The notes under the pieces are model-generated. The model was not told the DNA's origin, did not search any database, and saw only the letters and a program-made list of their open reading frames with translations. DNA of 64,000 bases from Pirellulales bacterium (GTDB taxonomy: Bacteria > Planctomycetota > Planctomycetia > Pirellulales > UBA1268), in assembly GCA_965249545.1 (NCBI GenBank), contig CBDFMH010000001.1:45-64044 (forward strand). Reading direction: 5' to 3'. A program made the position numbers and the translations under genes. Each line of letters opens with the position of its first letter. Position 1 is the stretch's first letter. Shown here piece after piece: positions 41,672-51,786 of the stretch.

Positions 41672-42562
41672 TCAACCAGATAACCAGACCGCATCAGAAA
41701 AACTTCGAAACCAGGTTCGCTGGCGTTTGGCAAGTTGGCGAGTTCGTTGTTTCGTCTTCGTGATAGCCTGTTGTTTCGTAATTTCCCCACGGATAAATGC
41801 AAGAGATTCTTTGTATCCGGCAGCTTGTGCTGCTGTTTTACCAATTCCATATTGTTGTTCAGCAGCTTCAGTTTCTTCGAGAATGCCAGACTCAAACATC
41901 GTTTCAACTCGCTCGTTGATTTGGCTGTTGAGTACTTTTCGCGGATGATCGATGACGAGTATGGGGCATGGAAAAAGTCGCTTTTCAGGATTGCCTGCTG
42001 AGTTCCATGACCGCTTGTGATCTACACCAGATACCTGAATAATTTCGAGAGCTCGAATGATGCGTTTTGTGTCGTTGGGGTGAATGGTAGCGGCTACGTC
42101 TGGACGGAGCAGGCCAAGCTTCTTGTGAAAAGCCTCGGGTCCGCTCTGTTTTATCTGGTAAGTCAGGCTGTTTCGTAACTCGAGGTCTATTGCCGGAGAG
42201 TCGTCGAGCCCGTCCCGGAGACATCTCAGGTACAGTGGAGTGCCACCAACAAAGAGAATACGTCGACCACGGGCACGACAGTCCTTGATGGTGTGAGTTG
42301 CCGTACGAAGCCAATCTGAGGCTGTGAAGAGAGATGCCGGATCTACAAGATCAAGGAGATGGTGAGTCGCCTGGGCTTGCTCTTTCAGAGTTGGTTTGGC
42401 TGCACCAATATCGAGCCCTTTATAAACAGCGACTGAATCAGCACTGAGAATGTCAGCATTGAGTCGCTGAGCAATACGAATACCTAATGCAGTCTTACCC
42501 GATGCGGTTGGGCCTGTGAGGATTATGCAATCACTTGCTAATTCAGACTTTGAAGATGGCAT
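41672..42562 (-). CDS. miaA: tRNA dimethylallyltransferase
   Basis: GPTASGKT, SADS..VYKGLDIGAAKP, VGGTPLY, HPND..RIIRALE, TRQLAKRQRTWF. Confidence 0.95.
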   Translation of the reverse strand: MPSSKSELASDCIILTGPTASGKTALGIRIAQRLNADILSADSVAVYKGLDIGAAKPTLKEQAQATHHLLDLVDPASLFTASDWLRTATHTIKDCRARGRRILFVGGTPLYLRCLRDGLDDSPAIDLELRNSLTYQIKQSGPEAFHKKLGLLRPDVAATIHPNDTKRIIRALEIIQVSGVDHKRSWNSAGNPEKRLFPCPILVIDHPRKVLNSQINERVETMFESGILEETEAAEQQYGIGKTAAQAAGYKESLAFIRGEITKQQAITKTKQRTRQLAKRQRTWFRSFSDAVWLSG

Positions 42563-42650
42563 TGGATCTTTGGTGTCGTAAGTCTTTGTCGCATGGTACA
42601 GTTAAGAACGTCAGTATGCGGTAAAAGTCTCTTTTGGAGAAGCAGGAGCG

Positions 42651-43004
42651 ATGGAATCAGACAGCCTGAAGCAGACATCAGAACAATCTGTTGGAACAGT
42701 ACTCGGGCACCTTGAGCACATTATCTCGAGTCGAAAAACGTCGGACGTCGACCGATCGTATACGAGTAAGCTTTTTGCTGGAGGCGTGGCAAAAATAGGT
42801 TCTAAGGTTACAGAAGAAGCCGAGGAGTTGGTCGAGGCAGCGGCGAATGAGTCTGACGAAAGAGTCGTTTCAGAGGCGGCTGATCTGCTTTATCACGTTA
42901 TTGTGCTGCTGGCTCATCGTGATTTAACACTCGCTCAAGTGGAAACCACACTTGCTGGGCGTTTTGGCGTGTCGGGGTTGGAAGAGAAAGCATCAAGAAA
43001 ATAG
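42651..43004 (+). CDS. hisE: Phosphoribosyl-ATP pyrophosphatase
   Basis: SYTSKL, KVTEEAEE, EAADLLYH. Confidence 0.93.
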   Translation: MESDSLKQTSEQSVGTVLGHLEHIISSRKTSDVDRSYTSKLFAGGVAKIGSKVTEEAEELVEAAANESDERVVSEAADLLYHVIVLLAHRDLTLAQVETTLAGRFGVSGLEEKASRK

Positions 43005-43055
43005 TCATTGGAAGGTTACGGATTTTTAATCGAGGTCAACGCAAGTAGAGAGACA

Positions 43056-43934
43056 ATGAAGAAATCGAGATCAGGATCAGTGGAACGGATGCTGCGTATT
43101 GGCATTCCAAGTAAGGGGCGGTTGTCAGAAGTAGTCTCTGATTTGCTTCATGACGCAGGGCTTTCGTTTCGACGTATTTCTCGTTCATTGTTTGCACGAT
43201 GCCGTGATGTACCAGTCGAGATCGTCTTCCTGCGAACCGATGATATTCCAATTCTGACAGCTGAGGGAGCGATTGATCTCGGCATCACTGGTGCCGATCT
43301 TGTTGCTGAGGGACGAGTCGATCTTATTGAAAGGCTTTCGCTTGGAGTAGGCGGCTGTAGGCTGGCCCTTTGTGTGCCGGATGATGCAGAGATCACGTCA
43401 CCAGAAAATCTGCAAGGACGAAGAGTTGCTACGAGTTTCCCAAAGATAACTCAGGATTGGTTAGCGCAGCATGGTGTCGAGGTTCATTTAGTTGAGCTCT
43501 CAGGTAGTGTTGAAATTATGGTGTCTTTGGGAGTTGCTGATGCAGTTGTTGATCTTGTAGAGACGGGGAGTACCCTCGCAGCAAACCGCCTTCGAGTGCT
43601 TGAAGAAATTGGCTGTTACGAGACTGTACTTGTTCAAAATAAAAGTGTTGTTGATGCCGATATGGCTGATCGTATTGTCCGCCGTCTACAGGGAGTTGTG
43701 ATAGCCCGAACATGGACGTTGCTCGAATATAACGTTCCACGTGATCGGCTGGCTGAGGCAGAAGACATTACTCCGGGGTTTAATTCACCAACCGTGAGTG
43801 CGCTGGAAGAGAATAGCTGGTGCTCCGTTCGGGCGATGGTGCGGCGAAATGAAACCCATAAAATTATGGAGCGTCTTGAATCAATCGGTGCTTCTGCCAT
43901 TATCGAAACTGATATCTCAAATTGCAGGCTGTAG
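43056..43934 (+). CDS. hisG: ATP phosphoribosyltransferase (long form)
   Basis: IGIPSKGRL, RTDDIP, DLGITGAD, GSVE, DLVETGSTL..NRL, C-terminal regulatory domain (PG..SPTVS). Confidence 0.95.
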   Translation: MKKSRSGSVERMLRIGIPSKGRLSEVVSDLLHDAGLSFRRISRSLFARCRDVPVEIVFLRTDDIPILTAEGAIDLGITGADLVAEGRVDLIERLSLGVGGCRLALCVPDDAEITSPENLQGRRVATSFPKITQDWLAQHGVEVHLVELSGSVEIMVSLGVADAVVDLVETGSTLAANRLRVLEEIGCYETVLVQNKSVVDADMADRIVRRLQGVVIARTWTLLEYNVPRDRLAEAEDITPGFNSPTVSALEENSWCSVRAMVRRNETHKIMERLESIGASAIIETDISNCRL

Positions 43935-43941
43935 CTGTTAT

Positions 43942-45267
43942 TCAGGCAAAGTTTCCGGCTAAGGGTCGACCGCCCCGGAACGTAGAGACCACTTCTGTTG
44001 TTGCGTCAAATATTGCGGCGGCTGCTCTGTCTGAATTTTTGGGTGGCATGGATGGTTTGAGAATCACGAAGTCAGCAGGGCGTCCAGTGGCAATGCTTCC
44101 TGTTCTGTGCTCGAAACCAAGGGCCCATGCTCCGTTGGAAGTAATCATGAGCAGAGCTTCCTGTGGTGTAACCAGACCAGCATCGATGAGGCAGGCAGCC
44201 TCTGCACGAATTGAAAGATCAGGATTGGAGCCTCGCCCATCGGTCCCAAGGCAAACTCGGACTCCAGACTTTTTGAATTCTGTAAGAGGTGGAAGATTAC
44301 CAGATAAGGCTTGTGTGGTACGTGGGCAAACAACCAGAGCAAGAGTGTGGCGATGGCGCTTGAGTCGGGCCATTGCCTGTTGGTTGTCGACCAGATGCGT
44401 TCCATGAATGATCAGGCCACGACCACTCTTTGCTAATAAAGAAACCCAGTCAGCGGTTGTGGCCAACTTGGGGGCGTGTTCAGGCCAAATGCCGAGGTCG
44501 TTGAAAAGCTTTCGGAAAGGACCTGTTTGATTGTGGAGGAACTCTTCCTCAAACCTCGACTCGGCTAAATGCATAGCCAGAGGGGTTACGCAGGTGGTGC
44601 TACGGCTTCTTTGACAGGTGGCTCGATTGTTTTGTGCTGCGGCAACTGCTGCTTGACCAATATGCCACTGTGTAGAATAAGGAGCATGAGGCGAGAGCCC
44701 GACAGCAACACCACCACGAGATATTTTTTGAGAGTCACGGAAGCTAGAAACAACCCGTGATGGGAGTGATTTGATGGTCGACCGGTCCAGGCCGAGGACC
44801 TCATGGAAAATGCGAAGACGGAGCCGGCCGGATATTTCATTGTAAGCAATGTCGCTGGTCGCAATCTCACCAAGAGCAACCACTCCGCATGCAGCAGACT
44901 CGTGAGTACCAGACGCGATGGCAGCAGTAATTTTTTCATGAGCAGCCGTTGAGGGCCGGCTTTGCTTGCGTTTCCATGAAACGACTTCATGGATCCATTC
45001 GTGAAGCCCGCCTTTTGTATCAAACGGCTTTTGGCACGAAGAGAACTCAAGGTGCGTATGAGCATTAACAAAACCAGGTGCAATGATGGCATTGCCTTTA
45101 TCGATTACGTGAATGCTTTTGGCAGTACGTGGCGGCCACACTCCGAAGCCTGTTACAACGCCTCTTTCAACACGAAGCCAGGCATTTTCAAGAGGTCGAC
45201 GTGTAACTGGAAATAGCCATCTCGATCGAATTATAAACGACCGATGCTTTTGCCCCGGATTCAGCAT
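43942..45267 (-). CDS. Amidohydrolase, probable aminofutalosine deaminase
   Basis: PGFVNAHTHLE, SPHAPYS, HLAES..E, VCPR, LGTD; directly downstream of mqnA-mqnC. Confidence 0.75.
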   Translation of the reverse strand: MLNPGQKHRSFIIRSRWLFPVTRRPLENAWLRVERGVVTGFGVWPPRTAKSIHVIDKGNAIIAPGFVNAHTHLEFSSCQKPFDTKGGLHEWIHEVVSWKRKQSRPSTAAHEKITAAIASGTHESAACGVVALGEIATSDIAYNEISGRLRLRIFHEVLGLDRSTIKSLPSRVVSSFRDSQKISRGGVAVGLSPHAPYSTQWHIGQAAVAAAQNNRATCQRSRSTTCVTPLAMHLAESRFEEEFLHNQTGPFRKLFNDLGIWPEHAPKLATTADWVSLLAKSGRGLIIHGTHLVDNQQAMARLKRHRHTLALVVCPRTTQALSGNLPPLTEFKKSGVRVCLGTDGRGSNPDLSIRAEAACLIDAGLVTPQEALLMITSNGAWALGFEHRTGSIATGRPADFVILKPSMPPKNSDRAAAAIFDATTEVVSTFRGGRPLAGNFA

Positions 45268-45283
45268 ACGAGTTGCTCTTGTG

Positions 45284-46435
45284 TTACGTTGCCGAGGTCA
45301 AGAGAGGCAGGTCAATGTTCACAGGTGATCTAGGGTGTGGTTTCAACACTAGGTCGGATTTCTCATCTACAAGCTCGTAGAACACGTTACGGCGTCTCGG
45401 CTCCCAGCCAAGTTCGGAGATTGCAGAACGCATCTGCTCGAGAGTGAGGTGGTGCACAGTTCCAGCGGCGCTCACTACGTTTTCTTCTAACATCAGGCTT
45501 CCCATGTCATTCGCACCAAACAGAAGTGCAAGCTGGCCAATGTCCCTGCCTTGGGTGACCCAACTCGATTGGATATTGGGAATGTTGTCCAAATAGAGCC
45601 GGGCAACAGCTTGGGTTTTCAAGTATTCAAAAGCACCGGAAGGGGGGATGTGGGACATCTCGGTATTGTCTGGTTGAAATGACCAGCAAATAAAAGCAGT
45701 AAACCCACCGGTCTCATCCTGTAGCTCTCGTAAACGGTCGAGATGCTCTATTCTCTCCGCAAGTGTTTCAATGTGCCCAAACATCATTGTAGCGGTACTT
45801 CGTCCACCAAGACTATGCCATTTTCGATGGACATCCAGCCAGTCGTCCGTCATCACTTTCCCGCGAGTCATGGCTGCTCGAACACGGTCCACGAGAATTT
45901 CGCCACCCCCACCGGGAAGTGATCCAAGTCCGGCAGCCGCTAGTCGTTCAAGGATTTCTAGCAGTGGAAGCTTGGTTACCTTTGTGAGATGGAAAATTTC
46001 GGGAGGAGAGAATCCATGGACATTTACTTCAGGGTACTGCAGCTTAATATCTCGAAGGAGATCTTCGTACCATTCGAGCGGCAGTGTGGGGTGCATTCCT
46101 CCTTGAAGAAGGATTTGATCTCCTCCAATCGCAACAGTCTCTTCAATTTTCTTGAGAAGGATTTTTCGGTCGAGTACATATCCTTCGGGGTCTTTAGGGC
46201 CGCGGTAGAAAGCACAGAAATCACAAACAGCCGAGCAGATGTTTGTGTAATTAATGTTTCGATCAATGTTGTACGTTCTGTACTGCTCCGGGTGAAGTTT
46301 TGTCGTCACAGCATTGGCTGCTTTGCCAATTGAAGCCAAAGAGTCTGACTCAAGTAGTTGAATTGCATCAGCGCGTTTTAAGCGGTGCCCTTCGGTAACA
46401 GAGTCGAGGATCTTCTGAATTTCTTTTTCAATCAC
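45284..46435 (-). CDS. mqnC: Cyclic dehypoxanthinyl futalosine synthase (radical SAM)
   Basis: DRNINYTNICSAVCDFCAF, LLQGG.HP, SLPGGGGEIL, TATMMFGH, GFTAFI.W.FQ, QSSWVTQG, GANDMGS.MLEENVV. Confidence 0.93.
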   Translation of the reverse strand: MIEKEIQKILDSVTEGHRLKRADAIQLLESDSLASIGKAANAVTTKLHPEQYRTYNIDRNINYTNICSAVCDFCAFYRGPKDPEGYVLDRKILLKKIEETVAIGGDQILLQGGMHPTLPLEWYEDLLRDIKLQYPEVNVHGFSPPEIFHLTKVTKLPLLEILERLAAAGLGSLPGGGGEILVDRVRAAMTRGKVMTDDWLDVHRKWHSLGGRSTATMMFGHIETLAERIEHLDRLRELQDETGGFTAFICWSFQPDNTEMSHIPPSGAFEYLKTQAVARLYLDNIPNIQSSWVTQGRDIGQLALLFGANDMGSLMLEENVVSAAGTVHHLTLEQMRSAISELGWEPRRRNVFYELVDEKSDLVLKPHPRSPVNIDLPLLTSAT

Positions 46436-47358
46436 TGGGCACCGGTTGGAAAGTGTTTTGAATATTGGAATGCAGCATCGAAATTACCGTTGGATGGAGC
46501 GAGACCAAGTTCCATGGCGTATTCGTGGAAGAGTTGCAAGCCCTGTCGTTCATCGTACCCGAGATTGTAGTGGAGATTATCGCTTAAGTAGTCCAGGCAT
46601 TGTGGTACTGAAAGTCCGTGAGGAGCAGCTTCGATGGCTGCTATGGTTGCTAAATTAGCGAGCCCCGCGTCGCGGGCTGCATCAAGTCGTCTACCTAGAC
46701 GCTCGAAGTCAACTGAGGGGCGTGCTGCCCAGACAGCAAAAACAAAAGGAAGCCCGGTCCACTGATGCCATTCGTCACCAAGATCCCAAACAGTCTGGAA
46801 ACCTCCACTCGTCGGGCCAATCGCACGATCACCGATCAGAAGTACCGCGTCGGCACTCGTCGATTCGATGCTTTCCCCAATTGGCAGCATTTCAAGTTCT
46901 GGGAAGATACCAAATCGCTTAGCTAATAAAATTCGGCAGAGTGCCACGCTTGTTCTTGAGCCCTCATCGATAGCGATTCGAGAAGTTTTTTCTGGACGAG
47001 TGCGAAAGAAGAGTCGAACACTCATGACTGGTCCAAGGCAAGCTATGCACGCGTTTGAAACTACGTGGTATCGACCCTCACTCTGGGACGACCAGTTATT
47101 TTCATTTATGGATGCGTTCGATTGAGGTGTATCGAGGCGTTGGAACAGTTCAATCGAAGGAATGAGGGCAACATCCAGTTCATCAATTGCCAAGCGATCT
47201 GCCAGTCTGCTCGGCAGATCAAAGTCCAGCGAATCACCCAGCCCATAGATCAGCGGTCTGGTATTCAGGTATTGAACCGCACCAATGCGTTCACCATGTT
47301 GCTTAAGAAGGTTCCGGCTACTTTGCGGTGTCTTCAATGTTTGTCGTGGACGAATCAT
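46432..47358 (-). CDS. mqnA: Chorismate dehydratase (futalosine pathway)
   Basis: IGAVQYLNTRPL, GPVMSV, SRTSVAL, LLIGDRA, DLGDEW..WTGLPFVFAVW. Confidence 0.92.
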   Translation of the reverse strand: MIRPRQTLKTPQSSRNLLKQHGERIGAVQYLNTRPLIYGLGDSLDFDLPSRLADRLAIDELDVALIPSIELFQRLDTPQSNASINENNWSSQSEGRYHVVSNACIACLGPVMSVRLFFRTRPEKTSRIAIDEGSRTSVALCRILLAKRFGIFPELEMLPIGESIESTSADAVLLIGDRAIGPTSGGFQTVWDLGDEWHQWTGLPFVFAVWAARPSVDFERLGRRLDAARDAGLANLATIAAIEAAPHGLSVPQCLDYLSDNLHYNLGYDERQGLQLFHEYAMELGLAPSNGNFDAAFQYSKHFPTGAQ

Positions 47359-47528
47359 GTTTGCTAAGGATGGAAATGCAAGTTTTTAGCGGGTCTAAAC
47401 AATATCTGACCAATAAACAATAGACGAATCAGCGAGTGAGGCCAGAAACGAGGGTGAATGAGCTTAGAAACGAAGATCTCAGGGAAAAGGACGGACCAGG
47501 ATGTCCGCAATGCTTCTGGAGGGAATGC

Positions 47529-49268
47529 TTAGGGTTCCAGTTGCCTGAATGCACGGATTCCAAGTACTAACGGCAAGAAAGTGGCTAGCAGACCACCCGG
47601 AATAACAATGAGAATGCTGACAACTTGTCCACCAGAAATCCCGGGGAGCCAACTGGTTGTAGTACCAGAGAGTTGCCCAACAGTTTGCTGGAAGAGATTG
47701 AAATGGTTCGTAAAACCAACGGTAATCACGATAAGAATAATGAACATTGCACTGAGAACGAGGCTTAAAGTTCCCCCAAATCCAGCAGCAATTTTGGCAG
47801 GGGACGATTCACGGAAATTTGGCATGCTCGCCCCCATTCCAACAGCGATACCAGAGAGGCCGCCGCAGAGAGCAAGGCAGCAGGTCAGGTGGACAAATAC
47901 TGTGCCCCAAGGCAACCCAAGCATGCAGTCACTCAAAAGAATTAATCCGAGGCATGGTACGAGACCGCCTACAAATGAGAAGAGGAACTTTGACCATACA
48001 ATTTGATCCCTATGTATAGGAAGAAGACCGAGAATCCAAAAGCGACGACCTTCAAGGCTTATTGATGGAAAGACAAAGCGTGTAGTGAAAGTCGAAAGAA
48101 TCAGACCGACGACAGCTAAGTTGAGGTGTCCGATGAGAGACGCGTAGACGTGCGTATAATTAAATGAGCGAAGGTTGTAAAAATAAAGACCTAAGAGACC
48201 AAAAAAGATAACGAATTGAGACCATTGAGTGATATCCCGGCGAAAAATTTGGAGATCTTTGACAAGAAGCAAACGGATAGGATTTCCAACCCGCGATCCT
48301 GCACGTGCGAGTAGTTCATCGAGCCAGAAGAGCCGTCTGTGCCTTCTGATTGGTACTTCTGCTTGGAGGTTGCTGTACCCCTTGCGGTAGGTCCACCGTG
48401 CAACCCAACTGGCTACAAGGCTTAGAAGAAGCGCATTGGCGAGAATTAACCCAAGGAACTTCAATGCCTCAAGAGTGCTTTGACGAGTCAGGTCACGTGA
48501 TTCCCCGCGGAGTGCCGCATCGAGTAGGCCGGAAGAAAGCCACCAGCTTGGCAGGAAAACCTGCTCTGTCATGGCAAGACGAGACAGCGTTTCCTCAAAC
48601 CATGCGGCTGTGAGCAATTGGCTCTGAACGGCCCCGAAAGTTGCCCATGAAACCCAAAGGATTCCTGTCGCGGCAATAGCAAGCGATATGGATAAGGCAT
48701 GGAGTCGTAGTCGAGGTAGCCCAGCAACTACGAGCATGCACAGTATGCTGCCGATAGATGCTGGAATGATGACAAATGTAACGATGAACGGTATGAGCAT
48801 AATGAAAAAGCTCCACGGGGCGTCCCGCACGATGCCATATGCAATGAGCATCGGACTCCCGAGAAGAATGAATCCCCAACTCGAGAACCAGAGTGCTTCT
48901 GTGAATTTGTGGGCATGGATCGCTTCAGCGCGCAGAGGGCATGTCAAGAGAAAGGACGACTCTCCGGAACGGTACAGACCACCGTACATTAAGATGCCAG
49001 TTGAAAAGGCCATCATTACCATCAAGGCAGAAAAAAACGTATTAAACAGCAACGATATGACTTCGGCATGCATAGAGTCAATGAAGTTGAATGCATCGTA
49101 GAACAGGCAGAACACGGCAGCCCAGAAAATTAGACTGAGTACGAGGACAAGCCCGAAACGGAAACGCGACTGGCGGACGATTGAAGTGACAACGTTCCAC
49201 GCGATTGTCCTTCGAAGCTTCCTCGAGAGCTGATTTTCCTGAGGAATATCAAGCAATTGATTCTGCAT
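47529..49268 (-). CDS. Putative ABC-2-type exporter permease (large polytopic)
   Basis: Many TM segments; LLVKDL..FRRD, RFVFPSISLEG; adjacent to an ABC ATPase. Confidence 0.8.
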   Translation of the reverse strand: MQNQLLDIPQENQLSRKLRRTIAWNVVTSIVRQSRFRFGLVLVLSLIFWAAVFCLFYDAFNFIDSMHAEVISLLFNTFFSALMVMMAFSTGILMYGGLYRSGESSFLLTCPLRAEAIHAHKFTEALWFSSWGFILLGSPMLIAYGIVRDAPWSFFIMLIPFIVTFVIIPASIGSILCMLVVAGLPRLRLHALSISLAIAATGILWVSWATFGAVQSQLLTAAWFEETLSRLAMTEQVFLPSWWLSSGLLDAALRGESRDLTRQSTLEALKFLGLILANALLLSLVASWVARWTYRKGYSNLQAEVPIRRHRRLFWLDELLARAGSRVGNPIRLLLVKDLQIFRRDITQWSQFVIFFGLLGLYFYNLRSFNYTHVYASLIGHLNLAVVGLILSTFTTRFVFPSISLEGRRFWILGLLPIHRDQIVWSKFLFSFVGGLVPCLGLILLSDCMLGLPWGTVFVHLTCCLALCGGLSGIAVGMGASMPNFRESSPAKIAAGFGGTLSLVLSAMFIILIVITVGFTNHFNLFQQTVGQLSGTTTSWLPGISGGQVVSILIVIPGGLLATFLPLVLGIRAFRQLEP

Positions 49269-49289
49269 CTTTACCGTTTATTTCTTTTT

Positions 49290-50048
49290 TTATGTGTCAT
49301 CAGACGACGCCTCCTGACGGCCTGTTGAGCTTGATGTGATTTCAAGATACAGATCTTCAAGACTTCTTGTTTTCACGTCTACCTGTTCTCGGAGTTCTGG
49401 AACAGTCCCAAGAAATTTGAGATCTCCTTGCACCATGATGCCCATGCGATCAGCCATTTCCTCAGCCATCGCGAGTGTGTGAGTTGACATGAATACGGTC
49501 ATGCCATCCGCAGTTTTCTTCTTCAGCAAGTCTTTGACAATACGAACGCTTCGTGGATCAAGACCAACCATCGGTTCATCAAGAACAAGTACGTCAGGGT
49601 CGTGTAGGAATGCAGCCGCAAATACAAGCCGCTGTCTCATGCCCAGAGAATAGTTTTCGGCAAGTTCGTTAGCAAATTCATGGAGCTCAAACCTATTGAT
49701 TTCTCTCTTGATATATTCCTGTGAAAGCTCTCTTGGTATGCGATACATGTCAGCAATGAATCGTAGGAATTCATGACCCGTAAGCTTGTCGTACAGGTAA
49801 GGCTCGTCAGGTACGTAGCCCAAATGAAGATGAGCTGAGCGAGTTTCCGTTAGCAGGTCATGACCGCAAACGCGAATAACTCCACCAGAAGGACGAAGCA
49901 AGCCAACGAGCATTTTGATCGTTGTCGTCTTACCTGCGCCATTCGGACCAAGGAGAGCAAATAATTCACCGGAGGGTATTGTCAGACTGAGGTCTGATAC
50001 AGCAACCTTGCTGCCATACGTTCGAGTAGCATGTTCAAATTGAATCAT
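49290..50048 (-). CDS. ABC transporter ATP-binding protein
   Basis: GPNGAGKTT Walker A, YSLGMRQR signature, LDEPMVGLDP, STH. Confidence 0.93.
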   Translation of the reverse strand: MIQFEHATRTYGSKVAVSDLSLTIPSGELFALLGPNGAGKTTTIKMLVGLLRPSGGVIRVCGHDLLTETRSAHLHLGYVPDEPYLYDKLTGHEFLRFIADMYRIPRELSQEYIKREINRFELHEFANELAENYSLGMRQRLVFAAAFLHDPDVLVLDEPMVGLDPRSVRIVKDLLKKKTADGMTVFMSTHTLAMAEEMADRMGIMVQGDLKFLGTVPELREQVDVKTRSLEDLYLEITSSSTGRQEASSDDT

Positions 50049-50093
50049 ATTGATAGTACTAATAGTGCGTTGTGATGTGCAGAGAACGCATGG

Positions 50094-51038
50094 TCATCGG
50101 TTTGTCTGGTATGAGTTTACACCGCTATTTTCATGCTTCTCAAAGAGACTCTTTACATGATCCAGCCTGCTTGTAAGTGATGCAGAGACCGTGTCTGTAC
50201 GTCGCTGGAAAAGTAGTTTTGAGCCAAGTATCGTCGACTCGTGTTGTAGCACCCTGCCACGAGGACCAATCCACATTCTGCTTCGTGGCGGTTGGTGGTC
50301 ATTGGGTGTTGTTCTGTAGTTGACGATGTCGGTATTTACAAGTTGATTGTCAAAGTACAGGACTTCATGACCAGCAACGCTCGCATATAAGATTTCTATT
50401 GGCTTGTGGCTTGGTCGAAGCGGGCTGTAAATAGGAACAGTCCAGCGTTGCCCTTGGGAAACCCCTGCCATAGTCGCCTGAGGCGAAAGTTCGTCTCGGA
50501 TCGATAAATTATTTGGCAATTGACGACTTGTTTCGTATTGCAATTGGCCGGAATGAAGCGACACCGTGACTTTGTTGCCAGGAGTGATGTTGCCATGCAA
50601 GTGAACAGTCTGCCCAACTCCTGGGACTTTGACGATTGATTGAAAATCTTGTAGTTCTCCACGGCTATTGATCGTCATGCAACCCAAAGCATCAAGTTCT
50701 ATTGATGGATGTAGAGTCTCCACGTTCGCTCCGAGCAATGAATTTGCCCAAGGCGGTAACAAGTCGTTCAAGGGGAGTTTGTCAAGTTGAAGGTTCGACC
50801 AGACGGTTACGGTGCCGGAAGGGCTTGGCTCAACAATGCTCAATGCGGATCCGACCGGGCTGTTGTTAAGCATGATCGTCCAACCTACCGTTGAGGTGTC
50901 CTTGGTAGGAGTGTAAATCGACTGATAGCCCGGTGGGGTGTCAGACAGGATGGTCGGTAAAACTCTACTGATAAACAACCAGCTGTTTGCAATAGCTGCA
51001 AAGACCAAAATGAGTGCTGTGACGATTGGGCGATACAT
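50094..51038 (-). CDS. Hypothetical membrane-anchored/exported beta-rich protein associated with the ABC exporter
   Basis: 314 aa with N-terminal hydrophobic helix; co-directional with and immediately upstream of the ABC ATPase. Confidence 0.65.
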   Translation of the reverse strand: MYRPIVTALILVFAAIANSWLFISRVLPTILSDTPPGYQSIYTPTKDTSTVGWTIMLNNSPVGSALSIVEPSPSGTVTVWSNLQLDKLPLNDLLPPWANSLLGANVETLHPSIELDALGCMTINSRGELQDFQSIVKVPGVGQTVHLHGNITPGNKVTVSLHSGQLQYETSRQLPNNLSIRDELSPQATMAGVSQGQRWTVPIYSPLRPSHKPIEILYASVAGHEVLYFDNQLVNTDIVNYRTTPNDHQPPRSRMWIGPRGRVLQHESTILGSKLLFQRRTDTVSASLTSRLDHVKSLFEKHENSGVNSYQTNR

Positions 51039-51470
51039 AAAAGTGAATTCTGGCTCTCTTTTTTTAAGTGAACAATAGAAATAGTCGTTGCATGATTACT
51101 CAGCTATGGTCACAAAGAACAAGCTGTGCCCGATGTCATTAACGTGAGAGACGCGTTCTCTGAACAATCTCTGTGATAATTTATGTTTGTTACCAGGAAC
51201 GTGTTGGAGGAGATTTGAGGCAGTTTTTAGCGGAAAAAGTTAAATAATGCCCGAGGTAAGTATTGGAGTTGCTAAAATCTCGGCACAATTTTTATAATAC
51301 GTCGAGTCAGGCGGGGTGGGTTTCCAAAAATTTTCGCGGCACATGGTTTTTGAGTGCTGGTCGAATGTTTTCCGTGAAGAATCATTCGGTCATCGGGCTG
51401 CGTTAAGAATCCCTCTCCCGATAAGGATAGCGATGTTCGGTCAACTGGAAAGAACCCAGGAGGTTGAGCG

Positions 51471-51752
51471 ATGAGCGATTCTGTCTACTACCATCAAGGG
51501 TGTCCTGTATGTGGCAGGATGTTGAGAATAGGCGTCCGTTTACTTGGCCAGCGTGTTTACTGCCAGCATTGTGGCGGAGGGTTTCGAGCAACTGATGAGA
51601 CTCTCGAGGACGATGAAGGGGCATTCCGGGCGGTATCGCAGATTCAGAAAGATCGGATTGAAATGCTGCTGGAACGGGCTTCAGAAGCGATTGTGAACTC
51701 AATGAATGATGAGCAGTCTCAGGAAGAAGATGTTGCCCAGGAAATAGTCTGA
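51471..51752 (+). CDS. Small Zn-ribbon protein with acidic tail
   Basis: CPVCG...CQHCG; strong AGGAGG SD upstream. Confidence 0.75.
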   Translation: MSDSVYYHQGCPVCGRMLRIGVRLLGQRVYCQHCGGGFRATDETLEDDEGAFRAVSQIQKDRIEMLLERASEAIVNSMNDEQSQEEDVAQEIV

Positions 51753-51786
51753 CGAACCATGCTGATGGTGGGTTCTCAGGCATTTA

